A stretch of 64,000 nt of DNA from Sideroxydans sp. (GTDB lineage Bacteria > Pseudomonadota > Gammaproteobacteria > Burkholderiales > Gallionellaceae), in contig JAVHQF010000147.1 of assembly GCA_036170995.1 (NCBI GenBank), forward strand, positions 15,632 through 79,631, written 5' to 3'. The notes below the pieces were generated by a model. The model made no database searches. It worked only from the letters and a program-made list of their open reading frames with translations, and was not told where the DNA came from. Position 1 is the first letter of the stretch, and the number at the start of each line of letters is the position of its first letter. Shown here one piece after another: positions 18,834-29,198 of the stretch. A program made the translations under genes and the position numbers.

Positions 18834-19832
18834 ATGCATAACGAAGAGTCCATACAAATCGCAAAAACCCAGGAGGTCGCTCGTCTTGGCCACACCCAGC
18901 GTGTGTTGGCTCAGCTCATGGACACACTGGCTGTGTTGCGGAGCTACTTTGAGGACGTTGAAATCAGCGAAATCATGATTAACGGGCCCGACGACGTTTT
19001 CATTGAGAAGCAAGGTAAAACACACAAATTGAAGGTGAAGCTAGGTGCCTCCAATATCAGGACTGCGATAAGCCTCATTGCCGGGCTTATGGAGAAAGAA
19101 GTTGGCGAAAAAAACAAACAGCGTGTCTTGTCGGCACGCCTACCAGGATTCCGGGTTGAAGCAATTCTCCCGCCCGTGGCAGTCAATGGGCCCACGATGT
19201 GTATCCGCCGACACGCATCACGCGTATTCAGCATCGAAGAGTACATCACCAGTGGCGTGATCTCTCAAGAGTATGCCGACCTGCTCAAGCAGGCCATCCT
19301 TAACAAAGAAAACTTTTTGATCGTTGGGGGTACAGGCTCAGGCAAAACAACAATGATGAACACGGCATTGAGCATGGTCCCGCCTGAAGACCGCCTCTTT
19401 GTCATCGAGACGGTTCACGAATTGCAAATTGTTTCCCCAAACAAGGTCTTGGTGGAGTGCGACGATGAACAAGGAATAACGCCTCGAAAAGCAGTTCGAA
19501 CCGCCATGCGGTATGCGCCTAAGCGTGTCATCGTTGGTGAGTTGCGTGGCCCTGAGGCCTATGACTGGATGGATGCGGCCAACACGGGTCATCCAGGTTC
19601 AGCGGCAACGATTCATGCAAACAGCGCTGCCCGTGGATTGGGACGATTGGAAAACCTTCTACTGATGGCAAATATGGGCATCCCACACGAAGCCTTGAAA
19701 GTTGCCATCGCCGACAGCGTTCAGTGGCTTTTCTTCATTAAACGGGATGGCCCCATACGCAAAGTTTCTGAAGTCTGTCGTGTACACGACTACGACCGCG
19801 CGAAGGGCGAATACGTCCTTGAACAATTCTGA
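18834..19832 (+). CDS. virB11: T4SS traffic ATPase VirB11/TrbB
   Basis: EIMINGPD.VFIE, Walker A GGTGSGKT, MRYAP..VIVGELRG, NTGHPGS..TIHANS. Confidence 0.92.
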   Translation: MHNEESIQIAKTQEVARLGHTQRVLAQLMDTLAVLRSYFEDVEISEIMINGPDDVFIEKQGKTHKLKVKLGASNIRTAISLIAGLMEKEVGEKNKQRVLSARLPGFRVEAILPPVAVNGPTMCIRRHASRVFSIEEYITSGVISQEYADLLKQAILNKENFLIVGGTGSGKTTMMNTALSMVPPEDRLFVIETVHELQIVSPNKVLVECDDEQGITPRKAVRTAMRYAPKRVIVGELRGPEAYDWMDAANTGHPGSAATIHANSAARGLGRLENLLLMANMGIPHEALKVAIADSVQWLFFIKRDGPIRKVSEVCRVHDYDRAKGEYVLEQF

Positions 19833-19881
19833 TTCACCAAACCTTTGTTTCTTACCCTTTTTTAACCCTAGGAGAGCTCTC

Positions 19882-20265
19882 ATGATCGAAACCGTCAAGA
19901 ACAAATTCAACGCAATGCGCAAGTCCAAATTTCAGGATCAAAATTTCAAAACCCTGATGACTGCTACGTTGGTAGCAGCCTTGCTTGCGGTGATGCCGAT
20001 GGAGGCAATGGCGCAATCGTTTGACATTCCATTCATCACCCAGTTTGGTTGTTCGGTGGTCAAGTGGATGAAGGGCCCACTGGCGATCCTGATCTTCGTA
20101 GTCGTGGTCGTTGCCACCCTTGTGATCGGCATGATTTCAAAAATGGACTGGAGTCGCATCATTTCTGTCTGCGTTGTCTTCGGCATCATCATTGGCTTAG
20201 GAGGTGTGCTTGCCAATTCGTCATACTTCCAGGCAATGCCCTCAATGCAATCTTGCTTGGCCTAA
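19882..20265 (+). CDS. virB2: T4SS major pilin VirB2/TrbC
   Basis: AGGAG RBS, signal ending AMA-Q, GPLA plus two hydrophobic helices; precedes virB3-virB4. Confidence 0.82.
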   Translation: MIETVKNKFNAMRKSKFQDQNFKTLMTATLVAALLAVMPMEAMAQSFDIPFITQFGCSVVKWMKGPLAILIFVVVVVATLVIGMISKMDWSRIISVCVVFGIIIGLGGVLANSSYFQAMPSMQSCLA

Positions 20266-20271
20266 TTTCAA

Positions 20272-20577
20272 ATGGCATCTCGTTCATCACCTTTTCATCA
20301 ATCGCTACAGCGGTCGCGGTTGATCATGGGGATTGAAAAAGCAAGCTTTGGGGGTTTGGTTTTCGCGAGCTCCTTTTGCCTGGTCGCTCGTAGCTTTTGG
20401 GGAGTACCAATCATCGTCATTTTGTACTTGCTCGCCAGGTGGTTGACAAAACGCGACGGACAGTTCATCGAAGTGTTCTTCAAGTACCTCAACGAAGAGC
20501 ACGTTTATGACACCACCCCTCGTGCAAGTGACTACAAGTCTCGTCCAAAGGGCTGGGGCAAAGATATACCGCTCTGA
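20272..20577 (+). CDS. virB3: T4SS inner-membrane protein VirB3/TrbD
   Basis: P.HQSL.R.RLIMGIE, TM segment, W.TK.D.QF..V. Confidence 0.85.
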   Translation: MASRSSPFHQSLQRSRLIMGIEKASFGGLVFASSFCLVARSFWGVPIIVILYLLARWLTKRDGQFIEVFFKYLNEEHVYDTTPRASDYKSRPKGWGKDIPL

Positions 20578-20587
20578 TTGGCTGAAT

Positions 20588-23128
20588 ATGATTGCATTTG
20601 AAGACCTGTTCAACAAACCGCGCAAAGCGGCTCGTTCTTTTGCTGAGCTCCTACCATGGTTCGCTCAGATTGCTCCCGGACTGGTGATCTGCCAAGATGG
20701 TTCACTACTCGCTGGTTATACATTCGAGGGCTCTGACGTTGAAGGACGACAGGATTTTGAATCCGATCAGAAAATTGATCAACTTCAAACAGCACTGCGG
20801 ACACTGACTGATCGGATCACCATGTGGACTGTCCAGGAGCGCCGATTCGTCTCAGGCTACCCGAAAGGTGACTTCTCCAGCCCTATTGCCCGTGCAATTG
20901 ATGGGCAATGGGAGCAGTCAATTTCGCGTCAACGCAATGCGCGTCTGACCCAGCGCATCTACCTCGGGTTCAATTTCCCAAACTCAAGTGAGGCATTCTT
21001 TGAAGCGTTGCGTGCTGAATTGGAGGAGAACGACGGCAAGGTTCTCCCCGCACTTGGTGGACTGATTAAACGTCGCCTTTCCGATAAGGGCGCAATCGCA
21101 AAAGTACGTGGCCAACTGGCAGACATGACCACCGAATTTGAGAAGTTGCTAGGTGCGTTCTCCGGCATTGTTGAAATGAATCTTGGCTTCAAGCGTCTTG
21201 AAGGTGATGAGTTCCTTGGAGACTTGTACTCTCGTGCAAATTTGGCATCACCGCCCGGGCCAGTACGCCTGCCGAAAGGGGGTGCATATCTCAACACAGC
21301 GCTTGCTTCTGATACGCTCATTCGCCGTCAAGATCAATTCGAGTTCAAAGGCCCGACGAAAAGCGCCTATGTGGCTGCACTTTCAACCACTGGTACGCCG
21401 CAGGAAGCATACAGCGGCTACATGGATTCTTTGATGGCTGTGGACTGCGAATACGTGCTGGTCCAGTGCTATCGATTTATCGATCGCACCGTGGCAGAGA
21501 AAGCCATCCAGGACGCTGAAATGTTCTACCGATCAGAGGTGAAGTCGGTTCTAACCCGTGTGTTCGAGCGCATGACAGATTCCGAATCCGAGAAGGTGAA
21601 CACGGGTAATCTGCACTTGGCACAGGACGCACAAGACGCGTTGATCGAACTCACAGCCTCTGATGTGAGCTACGGCTATTACAACATGACAATTCTCGCT
21701 CTCGGTACTACCCAGAAGGAAGCCGAGACAGCTGCTGAGCTGATGGCCAGCAACCTCCGAGCGAACGGATTTGCCATCCTCCGCGAACGGCAAGGCCTGA
21801 TGTCTGCGTTGCTGGCCACTATGCCCGGTAATGCCAATGCAATCCTGCGTTGGAAACTAGCATCCACCGCAAACCTTGCCGATTTGGCCCCCATTCGGAC
21901 AATATCTAAGGGTGAGCCTACACACCCTCTTTTTTCACGCCTGATTGGCCATGACGTACCTGCATTGGCGCGTTTCCTGACTCCTTACGGTGTCACATAC
22001 GACTTTAACAATCATGAGACCGACGTTGGCCACACTGCGGTCATTGGGGGAACTGGCGCTGGTAAAACGTCGTTGATGACGTTCCTGATATCGATGTTTC
22101 AAAAGTACAACCCCGGTCAGACTTTCATCTTCGACATGAAGTACTCATTGATGGTTGCTATGGTTCTTCTCGGAGGAAAGCACATTGACATGGGTGGGAT
22201 GCGCGGCAAGACGATTGGGATGAATCCCGTCAAGACCATGCTCCTGGCAGACGATGACATGAAACTGCGGCAATGGGTGGAAGTACTGATTGGCGCTGGT
22301 GGCAATACCATATCAGCGCCGGAGAGTCAGGTCATCTATACAGCTATCCAGGGGCTGCGTCGCTCACCTCCATCTACTTGGCGTCTTTCTGCTCTGTATG
22401 CGTTGATCGCCGGCGCTGATCAAGATCTTGCAGCCAAGCTTGCTCCCTACGTCGATCGTACTGACGATGAAGAGGGGGTAAGCGGCCCCTATGCGACATT
22501 CTTCGACAATGATGAAGACCACTTTCAGCTGACTCAAATCGTCGGTATGGAGGTTGAGGGAATTTTGAAATCCCCTCAACTCGCCAGCCCATTCATGGAC
22601 TACGCCTTCTACAACATTGATCGGCGGTTAGATGGCTCAACACCGACCATGATCTACATCGAAGAGGCTTGGTACATGTTGGCTAACCCAGCCTTCGTGT
22701 CAAAATTTGAGGAGTGGCTTCGTGTTTTGCGTAGCAAACGCGCATTTATCGTGTTTGCTACGCAGTCATTGGGTGAAATTGCTCGCTTGGAGAATCTCGA
22801 AGGCATTGTCACCAACATCCCCACTCAGATTCTTCTACCGGCCGTTAAAAACTCTGTTCACCAGCAGGCCGACTTGTACAAAGAGGTTTTTGGCATAAAC
22901 GATAACCAGCTCGATCTGCTCGCAAGGGCTATCCCAAAGCGGGACTATCTGATCATCAAACCCTCGGTCACACGTCTGATCACAACGCAAATGCCTCCTT
23001 TGGTAATTGCAATCAATGAGGCAACTACGCAACCGTCAATGCGCTCTGCTGTGCTTGCGGCAGCGGCCAAAGGTGGTCCTGATTGGGAACTCAATTTTGT
23101 AAAAGAGGTGCTCCATGTTCAAGTCTAA
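20588..23128 (+). CDS. virB4: T4SS ATPase VirB4/TrbE
   Basis: ELLPW....PG.V...DGSLL, DVGHT.VIGGTGAGKT, IEEAW, WLRVLR, FATQS. Confidence 0.93.
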   Translation: MIAFEDLFNKPRKAARSFAELLPWFAQIAPGLVICQDGSLLAGYTFEGSDVEGRQDFESDQKIDQLQTALRTLTDRITMWTVQERRFVSGYPKGDFSSPIARAIDGQWEQSISRQRNARLTQRIYLGFNFPNSSEAFFEALRAELEENDGKVLPALGGLIKRRLSDKGAIAKVRGQLADMTTEFEKLLGAFSGIVEMNLGFKRLEGDEFLGDLYSRANLASPPGPVRLPKGGAYLNTALASDTLIRRQDQFEFKGPTKSAYVAALSTTGTPQEAYSGYMDSLMAVDCEYVLVQCYRFIDRTVAEKAIQDAEMFYRSEVKSVLTRVFERMTDSESEKVNTGNLHLAQDAQDALIELTASDVSYGYYNMTILALGTTQKEAETAAELMASNLRANGFAILRERQGLMSALLATMPGNANAILRWKLASTANLADLAPIRTISKGEPTHPLFSRLIGHDVPALARFLTPYGVTYDFNNHETDVGHTAVIGGTGAGKTSLMTFLISMFQKYNPGQTFIFDMKYSLMVAMVLLGGKHIDMGGMRGKTIGMNPVKTMLLADDDMKLRQWVEVLIGAGGNTISAPESQVIYTAIQGLRRSPPSTWRLSALYALIAGADQDLAAKLAPYVDRTDDEEGVSGPYATFFDNDEDHFQLTQIVGMEVEGILKSPQLASPFMDYAFYNIDRRLDGSTPTMIYIEEAWYMLANPAFVSKFEEWLRVLRSKRAFIVFATQSLGEIARLENLEGIVTNIPTQILLPAVKNSVHQQADLYKEVFGINDNQLDLLARAIPKRDYLIIKPSVTRLITTQMPPLVIAINEATTQPSMRSAVLAAAAKGGPDWELNFVKEVLHVQV

Positions 23129-23897
23129 GTTGATCGTATTTTCAATTGCCATCGGGGCAATTTCGGTGTCCCCTGCAGCCTTGGCAGGTTCAGTCGCAGG
23201 TACAGGAGGGGCAACCGAAATAACCCAATTCATGAACAACTCCGAGTTGATAAAAATGGGTGTTGACGGTGCTCAAACGGCAGTTACAACGGTCAACGAG
23301 TACATGGTTCAGATTGAGCAGTACCGCAATCAACTGATAAATACAGTGGGCATAGACCCTATGAAGTTGAATGCGCAGCTCAACAGCCTTAATACCTCGT
23401 ATCAACAGTTGGCAAATTACAGAAATCAATTGTTAAAAACAAACGGCAGTATGTCGACCCAGCTGGATGCCTGGAACTTGCGGTACTCCACAGCCAAAGT
23501 TGCTGGAAGAACTCTGAAGGAACAACTTGACGCGGAAGCCAAGATGCGCGAGGCACGGAATGCCACTGCAATTGAACGTGCCAAACGTGATGAGCAAATC
23601 ATGCAGGAGGTCAATGCCGACATTGAACAGCTGCGTCAGGCTGAAGCTGACATCCCAAAAAGTGAGGGCATGAATGAATCCATTCAGAACATGCACCGGA
23701 CGATGAACAAGATTGCGTTTCAAAACACCAAAATGATCGAGTTGTTGGTTGAAAGCAATGCAGCAAATCGCAATAACAATGTTGATCGAAATATTGATGC
23801 CGAGAATACAAACCGTATTGAGAAAAATCGAACAGATTATGAGGCAGCACTTCGAAAACGCCAGCTTGATTTTGTCAAACGAATTCAAAATAACTGA
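23115..23897 (+). CDS. trbJ: TrbJ/VirB5-like minor pilin
   Basis: Signal peptide then GGATEITQF.NN.EL, coiled-coil body; between virB4 and virB6. Confidence 0.78.
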   Translation: MFKSKLIVFSIAIGAISVSPAALAGSVAGTGGATEITQFMNNSELIKMGVDGAQTAVTTVNEYMVQIEQYRNQLINTVGIDPMKLNAQLNSLNTSYQQLANYRNQLLKTNGSMSTQLDAWNLRYSTAKVAGRTLKEQLDAEAKMREARNATAIERAKRDEQIMQEVNADIEQLRQAEADIPKSEGMNESIQNMHRTMNKIAFQNTKMIELLVESNAANRNNNVDRNIDAENTNRIEKNRTDYEAALRKRQLDFVKRIQNN

Positions 23898-23899
23898 AT

Positions 23900-25387
23900 A
23901 TGGAGAATGCATTGATAGAGTCAATAAACCCAATAAACGGCCGTACCGTTTTTGCGAATTTAATTGGATGCATTGTTGGTTTTGTGGGGCGCATAGTTGC
24001 GAATGCTGTTTCGACTGTTCAATCAAGGAAGTTGATTTTTACGGTTATTGTGTTTAGCTTCCTTGCAACCAGTCTTATGGGGAAAGCGCAAGGTAATCTT
24101 GATAATCAATTTTGCCAAGAGGTCGGAGCAGGTCCAGATTGTATGAGTGCAAATTCGGTAGAGCCTAACGCACCACCTGCTCCAACGAAGCTTGGCTTTG
24201 ATGCCCTTGATGTATTCAGGATGATCGCTGAAGGAATCGATACAAAGCTAAACAGCTTGTCAGACTCGACCGCGCTTCTTGGTGCACGTGACATCATTTT
24301 GGGAGTTGGGCTTGCAATCGGTCTCTTTTGGACAGGCCTCAAGACAATGGTGGCGGGCAAGGGAATTGGGGAGCTGCTTGGGGAGTGGATTCCTATTCTG
24401 ATTACAGCGGGTGTGGTCACGGCATTTACTGTACCTGGTCCAGGTAGCGCAGGTGAGCAGATATCAAAAACTTTAGACAAGATTGCTGGGGCAATCACCA
24501 AGGCAGCAGGAGGCACTTCAGTTGACACATCCAGTGTCAAAAATGTAACTGAATCTGCGGTAGCAACTACATTTAATACCATCACATCAATTGCTGAAAT
24601 TCCACGGAATAATGAGGCATCTGGTTTGAATATAGCAGGCATGTTGAAAAACGTCCCCATTGCAATTTTTGCTGGATTAATGAAAATAATTGCCTCATTG
24701 ATAATTGTTGTGGCTATGTGTATTTATTTGGCTACTGCAGTTATGGCAATGATGTCAATTAAATTGGTTATTGCATTGGCTCCAGTAATGGTTCCATTCT
24801 TGATCTTCAAACCAACAGCATGGTTATTCGACTCTTGGCTGAGATATCTGCTAGGGGCCGGCATGCTGAAGCTTGTTGGTGCTTTCATGCTAAGTATGAC
24901 AGGTGGGTTAATGGATTCAATTAATATCATTGCGCATAGAGTCCAGCAAGAAGCTGCGGCGGGGACGGTTGATTCATACTCGGGCGATATTGTTCTGTTT
25001 TCATCCTTGTTTCTTGTTGCAATATTGTGTTCACTTCTTATGGCGCAGGTACCAAGTATTGCCTCGGGTCTCTTGGCCGGAAGCGCTGGTGGGGCTGGTT
25101 TTAGCAGCATGCGAGGAGTTACACAAACCATTGGTGCTAGGGCTGGACAAGGAGCGGCCGGTGCTGCCGGTTCCGCAGCAGCTCACGGTGGGCGCTGGGC
25201 ATACGACAAAGCATATGGTGAGAAGCGTGCTGCTAGAAAGGGTGCTGAGCATGCTGTGGAGGGTTTTAGTAACAGTGGAAAGCATTTCGGAAGCCAGCGC
25301 ACTCAGAATGCCTACATTCGTGCAAATGCTCAAGAAAGGGAGGTGCAGACCGCGTTGCGCAACATGGAACGCAGGGATCAGAGGTAG
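23900..25387 (+). CDS. virB6: VirB6/TrbL polytopic membrane protein
   Basis: Multiple TM helices, ALAPVMVPFLIF.PT.WLFDSWLRY, QVPSIASGL, G/A-rich tail. Confidence 0.88.
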   Translation: MENALIESINPINGRTVFANLIGCIVGFVGRIVANAVSTVQSRKLIFTVIVFSFLATSLMGKAQGNLDNQFCQEVGAGPDCMSANSVEPNAPPAPTKLGFDALDVFRMIAEGIDTKLNSLSDSTALLGARDIILGVGLAIGLFWTGLKTMVAGKGIGELLGEWIPILITAGVVTAFTVPGPGSAGEQISKTLDKIAGAITKAAGGTSVDTSSVKNVTESAVATTFNTITSIAEIPRNNEASGLNIAGMLKNVPIAIFAGLMKIIASLIIVVAMCIYLATAVMAMMSIKLVIALAPVMVPFLIFKPTAWLFDSWLRYLLGAGMLKLVGAFMLSMTGGLMDSINIIAHRVQQEAAAGTVDSYSGDIVLFSSLFLVAILCSLLMAQVPSIASGLLAGSAGGAGFSSMRGVTQTIGARAGQGAAGAAGSAAAHGGRWAYDKAYGEKRAARKGAEHAVEGFSNSGKHFGSQRTQNAYIRANAQEREVQTALRNMERRDQR

Positions 25388-25410
25388 TTAAACTTACGTA
25401 TGAAGGGCTC

Positions 25411-25438
25411 TTGACAGAGGTGGACTCCGTGATAATTT
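25411..25438 (+). promoter_or_regulatory. Sigma70-like promoter in front of the AAA+ cargo gene
   Basis: TTGACA-N16-TAATTT with an extended TGn; near twin of the promoter at 29141. Confidence 0.6.
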
Positions 25439-25466
25439 GGAACCAGTGATATTCATGGAGTTCTCA

Positions 25467-27524
25467 ATGAAACAAGTTAAACATTTTATCAACCAACTCA
25501 CAGACACTTTTGTAAGACTGGTTTTTGGCTTGCTTGCAACTGTAGGCTCAGTTTTGCTTGCCGTGGCTCTTCTTGTTACATGGCCACAGAGCAAAGAGCC
25601 ATATACATTCAAAGTACTTGGTGGAATTGCACCGGAATCAAAGATACTTATTTATGTCAGCGCATATATTCTTGCACTGCATTTGTTTCGATTTATTGAA
25701 GCAAAGAAGATTGTAAAGAGAGAAGGTGCTACGAATGGTAAAGGCAATCTTGGAAGTGATTGCTTTGGAGTATTTGTCCCAGCAACATCAATGGCGTTTG
25801 GAGCGTTTTTCATTCTTTGGGGAGCTTTGGCAGACAAAGCTCCTGCAACAAATTACTGGCTAATTAATATTTTTCTTGGTTTGGCATTTACAGGTTGGTT
25901 GATTGATGCTATTAGTTGGTATTACGGATTTGAAGTTTCAACCAAAATGCGCATGTCAATCAACCATGTTGATGGAAAAAAAGAGGCCATGGTTGTTGCA
26001 AGGAAAGAGAAGTCACTGATTACCTTTGTTGATATCTTGGGTAACAAAGAAATCAAACGTCGTCTGTTGGATGCTGCCCGCGCCATTACTGCCTCGAAGG
26101 CTACTGCGAGTCGGAATGGGATTCTCTTGCACGGTGAACCAGGTAATGGTAAAACAATCTTTGCTGAAGCCCTAGCTGGCGAATTGAAGCTACCTATTCT
26201 CAAACTTACCCACAGCGACGTTGCAAGTCGTTGGGTGGGGGAGCGCACAGAGAAGATCAAGGCTGCGTTTGACCAGGCCATTCGTTCACAGCCCTGCGTC
26301 TTCTTTATTGATGAAATCGACAGCTTCATCCCTGATCGCTCGAGTTCATCTACGCAGACCAAGGAAGACACCGATGTCGTCAACTCTCTGCTGACTCTGT
26401 TGGTTGATATCCGCAAGCACAAGGTTGTGGTGATGGCGGCTACCAACTACATTGATCGCTTGGACGGTGCTGCGGTACGGGAAGGTCGATTTGACTTCAA
26501 GGTCGAAATCACACCCCCTGACGAGGAAGCACGGGTTGGTCTACTGACCTCTGGTTTGGAGCGAAATGTCAAGAAAGTATCGGTTGACCCCGAGACCATT
26601 CAGAACGTGGCCAACCGCTGGAACGGCTTCTCTGTGAAGCGCATCTTGGCAGTAACAGAAGAATTGCCGTCTTACATCAGTGAGTTGAAAGAAACCGGGA
26701 CAGTAAAGACAAAGCTGGAGTACGAAGACTTCATGGCTGCACTGCGCCGAATCCAAGGCCGTCGTGGTTCGACACCGGAGAACGTCAAGCCTATGTCGGA
26801 CTTGATCTTGCCTGAGGTCACCAAGGAAGCTCTTGGCATGCTGTCGAGCCGTTTGCTTGATCCACAACGTGTGGAACGCCTTGGAGGCACCCTGCCTACT
26901 GGCGTGCTCTTCTATGGCCCTCCCGGTACCGGTAAGACGGCCGCTTGCAAGGCACTCGCGAAAGAAGTCGACTGGGCATTTCTCATCGCTACGGGCACTG
27001 ACTTGGCACGCAATCCGAAAGAATTGGATAAGCTGTTTGCCCAGGCCAAGGAATTGCGTCCTTGCATCGTCTTCATTGATGAAGCTGACGACCTGATCCG
27101 TTCGCGTGAGTATTCAAACAATACAGAAGCTACAAACAAGTTGCTGACGATCATGGATGGCGTGAATGACCGTGTGCGCGACGTGGTGTGGATTGCTGCT
27201 ACCAATCACCCTGATCAGATTGACCAAGCGCTACTGCGTGGTGGTCGGTTTACAGAGAAGGTTGAGTTTGTACGTCCAGACGAAAGCCAACTGGCCTCGC
27301 ATGTCGGCAAATGGCTGCAGACCCGCAATATTGCTCTGTCGCCAGCTTTCAGCGCCCAAGATGTGGCTGAACTGGTCGGTGACGAAAGCATCGCGAATTT
27401 GGAAGCCGTGCTTCAGTACGCGGTCAACCGTGCAATTTCCAAATCTGTTGGTAACCAGCGACTGGAATTGACTGCGACAGACATCAAGATTGGAGCAAAG
27501 ATGGTTTTGGGGGCCGCTTGCTGA
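25467..27524 (+). CDS. Membrane-anchored tandem AAA+ ATPase (CDC48/FtsH-like AAA modules, no protease domain)
   Basis: About four N-terminal TM helices; AAA1 GEPGNGKT/FIDEID/ATN..LD.A..R.GRFD; AAA2 GPPGTGKT/FIDEAD/ATN..ID.ALLRGGRF. Confidence 0.9.
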   Translation: MKQVKHFINQLTDTFVRLVFGLLATVGSVLLAVALLVTWPQSKEPYTFKVLGGIAPESKILIYVSAYILALHLFRFIEAKKIVKREGATNGKGNLGSDCFGVFVPATSMAFGAFFILWGALADKAPATNYWLINIFLGLAFTGWLIDAISWYYGFEVSTKMRMSINHVDGKKEAMVVARKEKSLITFVDILGNKEIKRRLLDAARAITASKATASRNGILLHGEPGNGKTIFAEALAGELKLPILKLTHSDVASRWVGERTEKIKAAFDQAIRSQPCVFFIDEIDSFIPDRSSSSTQTKEDTDVVNSLLTLLVDIRKHKVVVMAATNYIDRLDGAAVREGRFDFKVEITPPDEEARVGLLTSGLERNVKKVSVDPETIQNVANRWNGFSVKRILAVTEELPSYISELKETGTVKTKLEYEDFMAALRRIQGRRGSTPENVKPMSDLILPEVTKEALGMLSSRLLDPQRVERLGGTLPTGVLFYGPPGTGKTAACKALAKEVDWAFLIATGTDLARNPKELDKLFAQAKELRPCIVFIDEADDLIRSREYSNNTEATNKLLTIMDGVNDRVRDVVWIAATNHPDQIDQALLRGGRFTEKVEFVRPDESQLASHVGKWLQTRNIALSPAFSAQDVAELVGDESIANLEAVLQYAVNRAISKSVGNQRLELTATDIKIGAKMVLGAAC

Positions 27525-28129
27525 AATTGAGTTTGAATCGACAGCTTGCTGCTGCGGTGGTAGGCTTTTTTGCGGCCTTTGGAGTCCATATGACTGCACT
27601 GGCGCAGGCATCCGGTGAGGCTGCTGTAGCTGTAGGGCCTCGGCAACCGGATGACTGCGTTACCCAGGCCGCGACCTACCACTCGGTTAGCCCTTGGATT
27701 CTTCGGGCAATTATTCAAGTCGAGTCCAGTTTTAACCCTAATGCTTTGAATAAGAACAACAACGGGACGGTTGATGTTGGTATCGCACAAATTAACTCGA
27801 TGCATTTCAAAGAGCTTGGCAAGTATGGCATTGGTCGACGTGAGCTTATGGATGGGTGCATTTCGAGCTACGTTGCCGCATGGCATCTGCGGAAACAAGT
27901 CGTTGCGTATGGGAACACATGGTTTGCTGTTGGGGCATATCACTCTGCGACCAAGTGCTACAACGAGCGGTACACGGGACTTGTCTGGAATGTCCTTCTG
28001 AAGTGGGGTGTAGTGAATGGGCCAAAGGCCAGACCGGTATCTATGGCGGCGTGCGCGCCCAACAAGGTCTCTGCGAAAACCGCATCAAAAAGTCAGACAA
28101 AAGAACCATCCTTGCTTGCCTTTGACTGA
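27518..28129 (+). CDS. virB1: Lytic transglycosylase (VirB1-type)
   Basis: ILRAIIQVES.FNP.A.N.N.NGT.DVGIAQINS, AAW.L, AVGAYHS. Confidence 0.9.
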   Translation: MLKLSLNRQLAAAVVGFFAAFGVHMTALAQASGEAAVAVGPRQPDDCVTQAATYHSVSPWILRAIIQVESSFNPNALNKNNNGTVDVGIAQINSMHFKELGKYGIGRRELMDGCISSYVAAWHLRKQVVAYGNTWFAVGAYHSATKCYNERYTGLVWNVLLKWGVVNGPKARPVSMAACAPNKVSAKTASKSQTKEPSLLAFD

Positions 28130-28167
28130 ACGAAAACTTTAATCGGCCCTTTTATTGGAAGAGACTC

Positions 28168-28668
28168 ATGAGTGTGACTGAATCCACAGTGGAAGCAAAA
28201 ATTACATCTACTTCTGCTGAAGTGTTAGCGATTCTTGGGCAGATTTTGGCAATGCCTGAGAAACAGCGAACAGCACTTGCAAGGGCTTGGGGTGCGATGG
28301 ATAGTTCTATCGCAGGTGAATATTCTCAGAGCAACAACAACATTGATCATTACGATCAACAACCAGGTGTCGTCGATCAAACAGCAATTTCGGAACTCAC
28401 CGAGTGGATACAAGCGCAAGCAAGCCTACAGCCACGTGAACGTATTGACAGGCTGGAGTTGGCGATGGCAAATGAAAGCGAAGATTGGCCGATTCCCATA
28501 CTGAATGCAGAAATCACCAAAATCAAAAACGCACATCCATGGCTGGCAGCTGAGTTGGCAGTTGTAAAGTATGCCTACGAACATCCTGTGCTTATTACAG
28601 TTGCACTAATTGGGTTCGGCTTGAGCCTATATCGAATTGGAAAGTCAGTTTTTACTCTTGTGTTTTAA
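28168..28668 (+). CDS. Hypothetical protein with C-terminal TM helix
   Basis: 166-aa ORF with RBS and hydrophobic C-terminus. Confidence 0.65.
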   Translation: MSVTESTVEAKITSTSAEVLAILGQILAMPEKQRTALARAWGAMDSSIAGEYSQSNNNIDHYDQQPGVVDQTAISELTEWIQAQASLQPRERIDRLELAMANESEDWPIPILNAEITKIKNAHPWLAAELAVVKYAYEHPVLITVALIGFGLSLYRIGKSVFTLVF

Positions 28669-28689
28669 CTTTTTTTTGAAAGACTAAAA

Positions 28690-29013
28690 ATGAATTTTGT
28701 GAGAGCATCATTATTGAGTGTCGTCCTTGGTGCAACTTTATTGATGACGGGATGCTTCGAAAGTGAAGCCGATAAGCAGATCGCAGCTGCAAAGAAAGCT
28801 CAGTTATTTGAAAACATGTTTAACCGCGGCCGGGAAGAACGGTACTGCGACTTTTTGCATAGAGACTTGAAGGAACGTGCAACTTGTTGGAAAGAGAAGG
28901 ACATTAAGTGGAAAGGTATACCTTCTGCATATGAGGGTGAACCACCTACAGGTGTTGTTCGATCAACTGAAAGATATCCAGGTACTGATGCACCAAAAGT
29001 ACCGTTGCTGTAA
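28690..29013 (+). CDS. Small lipoprotein (entry-exclusion candidate)
   Basis: Lipobox LMTGC, 107 aa, inside the T4SS cluster. Confidence 0.65.
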   Translation: MNFVRASLLSVVLGATLLMTGCFESEADKQIAAAKKAQLFENMFNRGREERYCDFLHRDLKERATCWKEKDIKWKGIPSAYEGEPPTGVVRSTERYPGTDAPKVPLL

Positions 29014-29140
29014 GTCAAGGCATCTGACTCTGCCCTTGAAAAACAGACCCCATAATTGAACGAAAGGGGCGCGATGGACCGTTCATTCATCAGCTCCGTT
29101 AGGATCAGGTGATAGCACTTCGAAAAGCCTGTGTAGCCTC

Positions 29141-29168
29141 TTGACAGGGGAATAGCCTATGGTAATTT
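29141..29168 (+). promoter_or_regulatory. Sigma70-like promoter in front of a lipoprotein cargo gene
   Basis: TTGACA-N16-TAATTT with an extended TGn. Confidence 0.6.
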
Positions 29169-29198
29169 GAAGTACCGAAACAACTAAGTCATTTGAAA

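Noticed and set aside
29050-29110. Possible hammerhead ribozyme on the minus strand (CTGATGA followed by stem TGAACG/CGTTCA)
   Set aside because: The required GAAA after stem II is absent (AATTA instead) and no stem I/III could be built
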